Part shown: positions 47,870-50,643 of the stretch, piece by piece
Position numbering within the stretch: the stretch's first letter is position 1
How the letters are laid out: each line of letters opens with the position of its first letter
Assembly (NCBI GenBank): GCA_004431415.1
Contig: QPMI01000041.1
Span: 1-50,643 of the forward strand
DNA from: Cyanophora paradoxa CCMP329
Lineage: Eukaryota > Plantae > Glaucophyta
DNA length: 50,643 bases
Reading direction: 5' to 3'
Notes under the pieces: model-generated
Databases searched by the model: none
The model's input: the letters and a program-made list of their open reading frames with translations, nothing else
Told to the model about the DNA's origin: nothing
Translations under genes and position numbers: made by a program

Positions 47870-48087
47870 CCGTGTAATACTTAATTACCGCGCTGACATA
47901 ACTACTGCGCTACATATTACTGCGCTCAAAAATTTAAGAACGCAGTAATTTGGTAGCGCAGTAATACCCCTTGGCCTATTACCCAGTATAATATTTTCCG
48001 AGGCCGATGGAACGCAGTAATTTGTGGCGCAGTAAAGCGCCTACCGGCGCAGAAAAAACTCTGGCGCAGTAAATAAGTGTTACACGG
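47870..48087. mobile_element. Tc1/mariner-pogo-type MITE (218 bp, TA flanks); right end re-duplicated at about 48120-48158
   Basis: Inverted ends TA-CCGTGTAATACTTAATTACCGCGC / GCGCAGTAAATAAGTGTTACACGG-TA (23/26 match). Internal GCGCAGTA repeats. An empty-site-like copy of the flank (CATCGGCTCC-TA-GCTGGAG) lies at about 48255-48273. Confidence 0.8.
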
Positions 48088-48599
48088 TAGCTGGAGGCTG
48101 GCGCCAGTGTTATTTTAGAACGCAAGTATTTGTGGCGCAGTAAATAAGTGTTACACGGTAGCTGGAGGCTGGCCGCCAGTAGCTATATATAGCCTATAGG
48201 ACGCGCGCGGCCGGCCCCGGCCCCCCGCTTGAGCTGGCAGCTGCCTGACCAAGTCATCGGCTCCTAGCTGGAGCTGCCGCCAGTAGCTATAGGCCGCGGC
48301 TGGGCCCGGCCCTCGATCGCGAGCTCCGGCCTATAGGCCGCGGCCGGCCCGGACCCCGGCCAGCGCTAGCGCGAGGCCTGGCTGGCTCAGCGGCTGGCTG
48401 GCGCTTTACTTTTACCTTACTCCTACTACTCCTGTTACTCTTTTTTTTCCTACTAAGAGGGGGTACAGCGCTACAGACACGCCGGGGGGAGGGGCAGGCT
48501 CTAGCAGTGCGGGGAGCGCAGTTCGGTGCATATCGCGTTGCTCACCTATCGATTTCGAAGCTTTTCAGCCGGCTCAGAGCTCGAGGGGGACGTCGACTG

Positions 48600-49974
48600 G
48601 GCTGCGTGCCGCGCGCTCCTCTCGCCGGCGCGGCCTCCGCCTCCTCCCCCCTAGGCCTCCTCAAGCTCCGCGACCGCCTCCATGCAGGCCTGCCCGCCCT
48701 TTGCTCCGCTCCGCTTGCTTTAATTCGCTCACCGTGCACGGCGCCCCCGCAGCGCGCCCGGGCAGCGGGGCGGCCCGTCCGTCCGCGGCCCTCCCGATCC
48801 TCCTCTCCAGCCTCCAGGCGAGCGCGCACCCCGCCCCGCCCCGCACCTTTTGAGGCCCGCGGCAGGTGCCGCGTCGCTGGAGTACTCGCTGGCGCGCACG
48901 CGCAAGTTCCCCTTCTTCGCCGACGAGCCCGAGGCCTTCTCCTCCCGGTGCCGTACCCCCGCCTTCTTCCCCCCCCGCTTCTTCTTCCTTCGACCTCGCC
49001 GGCAGTCCCTCGACGCGCTGCTCTCGTCCCTGGGGCACCGGCCCCCGTCGCCCCGGTCCGCCCGCCCCGCCCCGCCCTCCCTCACAAGCCTCTCGCGCTG
49101 CAGCTGACGCCCCGCCGCGGCGCAGGCGAAGCCGGAGGGTCCGCCCGCGCTGCACGCCCCCGCCACGTCGGCGCCCGCCGGAGGCGCCGCCCCGTCGGCC
49201 CCGGACGCGGTGCGCGAGTCCAGCCGCTGGCGCGTCTGCCCCAAAGACCTCACGCGGGGCCGTTGTCCGGCGCAGGCGCGGGCGGGGGCGCTGCAGGCGG
49301 AGATCGCCGGCAGCGACCGCGAGCTCGAGCAGGCGCGCGCCCCCCCCGCCGGCCCCGCTGCGGGGCCCCGCCCCCTCTCCCTAAGCGAGAGAGATCGCGC
49401 GCAGCTGGAGCGGGAGATCGCGGAGCTGGAGGCGGCCGCCGCCCGCGGCTAGGGGTGGGCGTAGTGGGGGTCCGACCCCACTGAGTCAGTGGCCCCCCCC
49501 CCACTGGCACCCCACTCAGTGGCGCCAGTGGGAGGGGGGTACCTGTGATTCTACAGCAAAAAACGACCTAAACTAAGCGAAAAAGCGCCGAGCTTTCAGG
49601 CGCTTCGCGCCCTCCCTTCCAGGCGCTTCGCGCCTTCACCGAGGAAATTAAAGTGCAAGCCCGTCCCTTCTGTGACTAATAAGCCTTGAAGGGTTTTCGA
49701 CTCCGCCGATGCGAAAACCGCACCGAAAATCGAGAAGATCAGATCAAAAAAGCGGAAATCCGCACATCAACCTCGGGTCGGGTCGATCTGACGACAAGAG
49801 CCTACCCCCACCCCCGCGATTTTCCGGCGGGGGAAGAGGGGCAAGGGCTCGAAGACCGTCCCGCCGCCCCTGCCGGCGCCCCCGCCCCTGGACGTCGACC
49901 CCCCCGGGGCCGCCCCGGCCGCCCCGCCCCGCAAGAGGGACCACGGCAAGAGCGGCGCCTGCTCCCTCATGTGA
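48600..49974 (+). pseudogene. Degenerate 3' fragment of the ANK-TIR gene (TIR-like end, coiled coil, CaaX)
   Basis: Homologous to about 3710-4650 with many small insertions. Interrupted by 49450-49816. Ends GKSGACSLM*, followed by the same 3' flank as copy 1. Confidence 0.85.
49450..49816. mobile_element. hAT-like MITE inserted in the CaaX exon
   Basis: Absent from paralogues at about 4498 and 9968. Ends TAGGGGTGGGCGTAG / CTACCCCCACCCCCG (12/15 inverted match). CCCACT/CAGTGG subterminal repeats. No clean 8-bp TSD. Confidence 0.7.
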
Positions 49975-50643
49975 GGCTCCCGGTTGTCCCGGGCGTGGGT
50001 TCTACTGTTATACGATTTATTGTGATTACGGATACGTATATTGATTTATCTTCTAGTGCACACTGTGACATGTGGCCGCGCCGTACCCACGCTGCAGCTC
50101 GGCACGCGTACGCCCCCGCCGACGCCCCCCCGCGTTTGACGAGGCTGCCCCACTCAAGGCGTTGAAATCGAAGATAGGTGACCGTCATCAATATCGCGCG
50201 CGCCAACGCCGCCAGCTCTTGCGCATGCTGCACCGACTGGCTCGCCGCCGGCGCCACATGTACAGCTGCCCGCTGGGCCGGCCGGCCCCTGCAGCTGTAC
50301 GTGCGTCAGATGCGGATTCGATATCGATATCGATCTTAGCTTTCACGCGCTTCAAATTCCAGCGGCATGCGCACGTGCACGCGCACGAATACAAGTCGCA
50401 TCTACATCAAGCGGGAACGCGTACGCGTCCTGATCATGATCATGATGCGCGCTCCACGCGCAAGCCCGGCCCGCATATATTCCTGGTCCTCAGGGCCTGC
50501 CGGGCCCCAGGCGTGAGCGCGAGCTCGAGCGCGAGTCGATCGCGGTGGTTCTTGCATGCGCAATTATAACTAATTAGTCGGGCAGACAGCGCTAGCGGTC
50601 ACGAGTCACGACCAGCAGCGCACCTCTGCCACCTCTTCATAAC

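Larger units (their letters stand above)
36279..50643 (+). repeat. Segmental duplication partner of 632-9605
   Basis: Colinear homology apart from a 750-bp deletion here, and a 7957-bp deletion plus a 1763-bp insertion in the first copy. Confidence 0.9.

Overview
Eukaryotic, very GC-rich, intron-dense DNA. Introns are mostly 50-100 nt with GTGCGC/GTCCG/GC donors and GCAG acceptors, and there are microexons. This suggests a unicellular alga or protist; the taxon cannot be fixed from sequence alone. The long Arg/Ala/Pro-rich ORFs in the track are mostly GC artefacts, and many 1-bp homopolymer indels look like long-read errors. The window holds two copies of a segmental duplication (about 632-9605 and 36279-50643). 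Each carries a convergent gene pair. (a) A + strand gene that I could splice by hand into ankyrin repeats, an intact TIR domain (…DAFISYGH…SDWCMLEL…, catalytic Glu retained), a degenerate TIR-like region, a coiled coil, a polybasic patch and a C-terminal CaaX (CSLM). (b) A - strand multi-CUB type I membrane protein. The copies are reciprocally damaged, and their ankyrin arrays differ at a phase-matched intron breakpoint. Between them lie a 12.2-kb young but coding-dead chromovirus-type LTR element (282-bp LTRs, 1 mismatch, CCCGG TSD), a ~139-bp satellite, an AT-rich inverted repeat and a ~160-bp array. There is also a TSD-less rolling-circle-type insertion and several MITEs. Comparing paralogous copies shows a recurrent micro inverted-triplication mutation pattern (X to X-revcomp(X)-X) that may explain the palindrome-saturated texture of the non-coding DNA.
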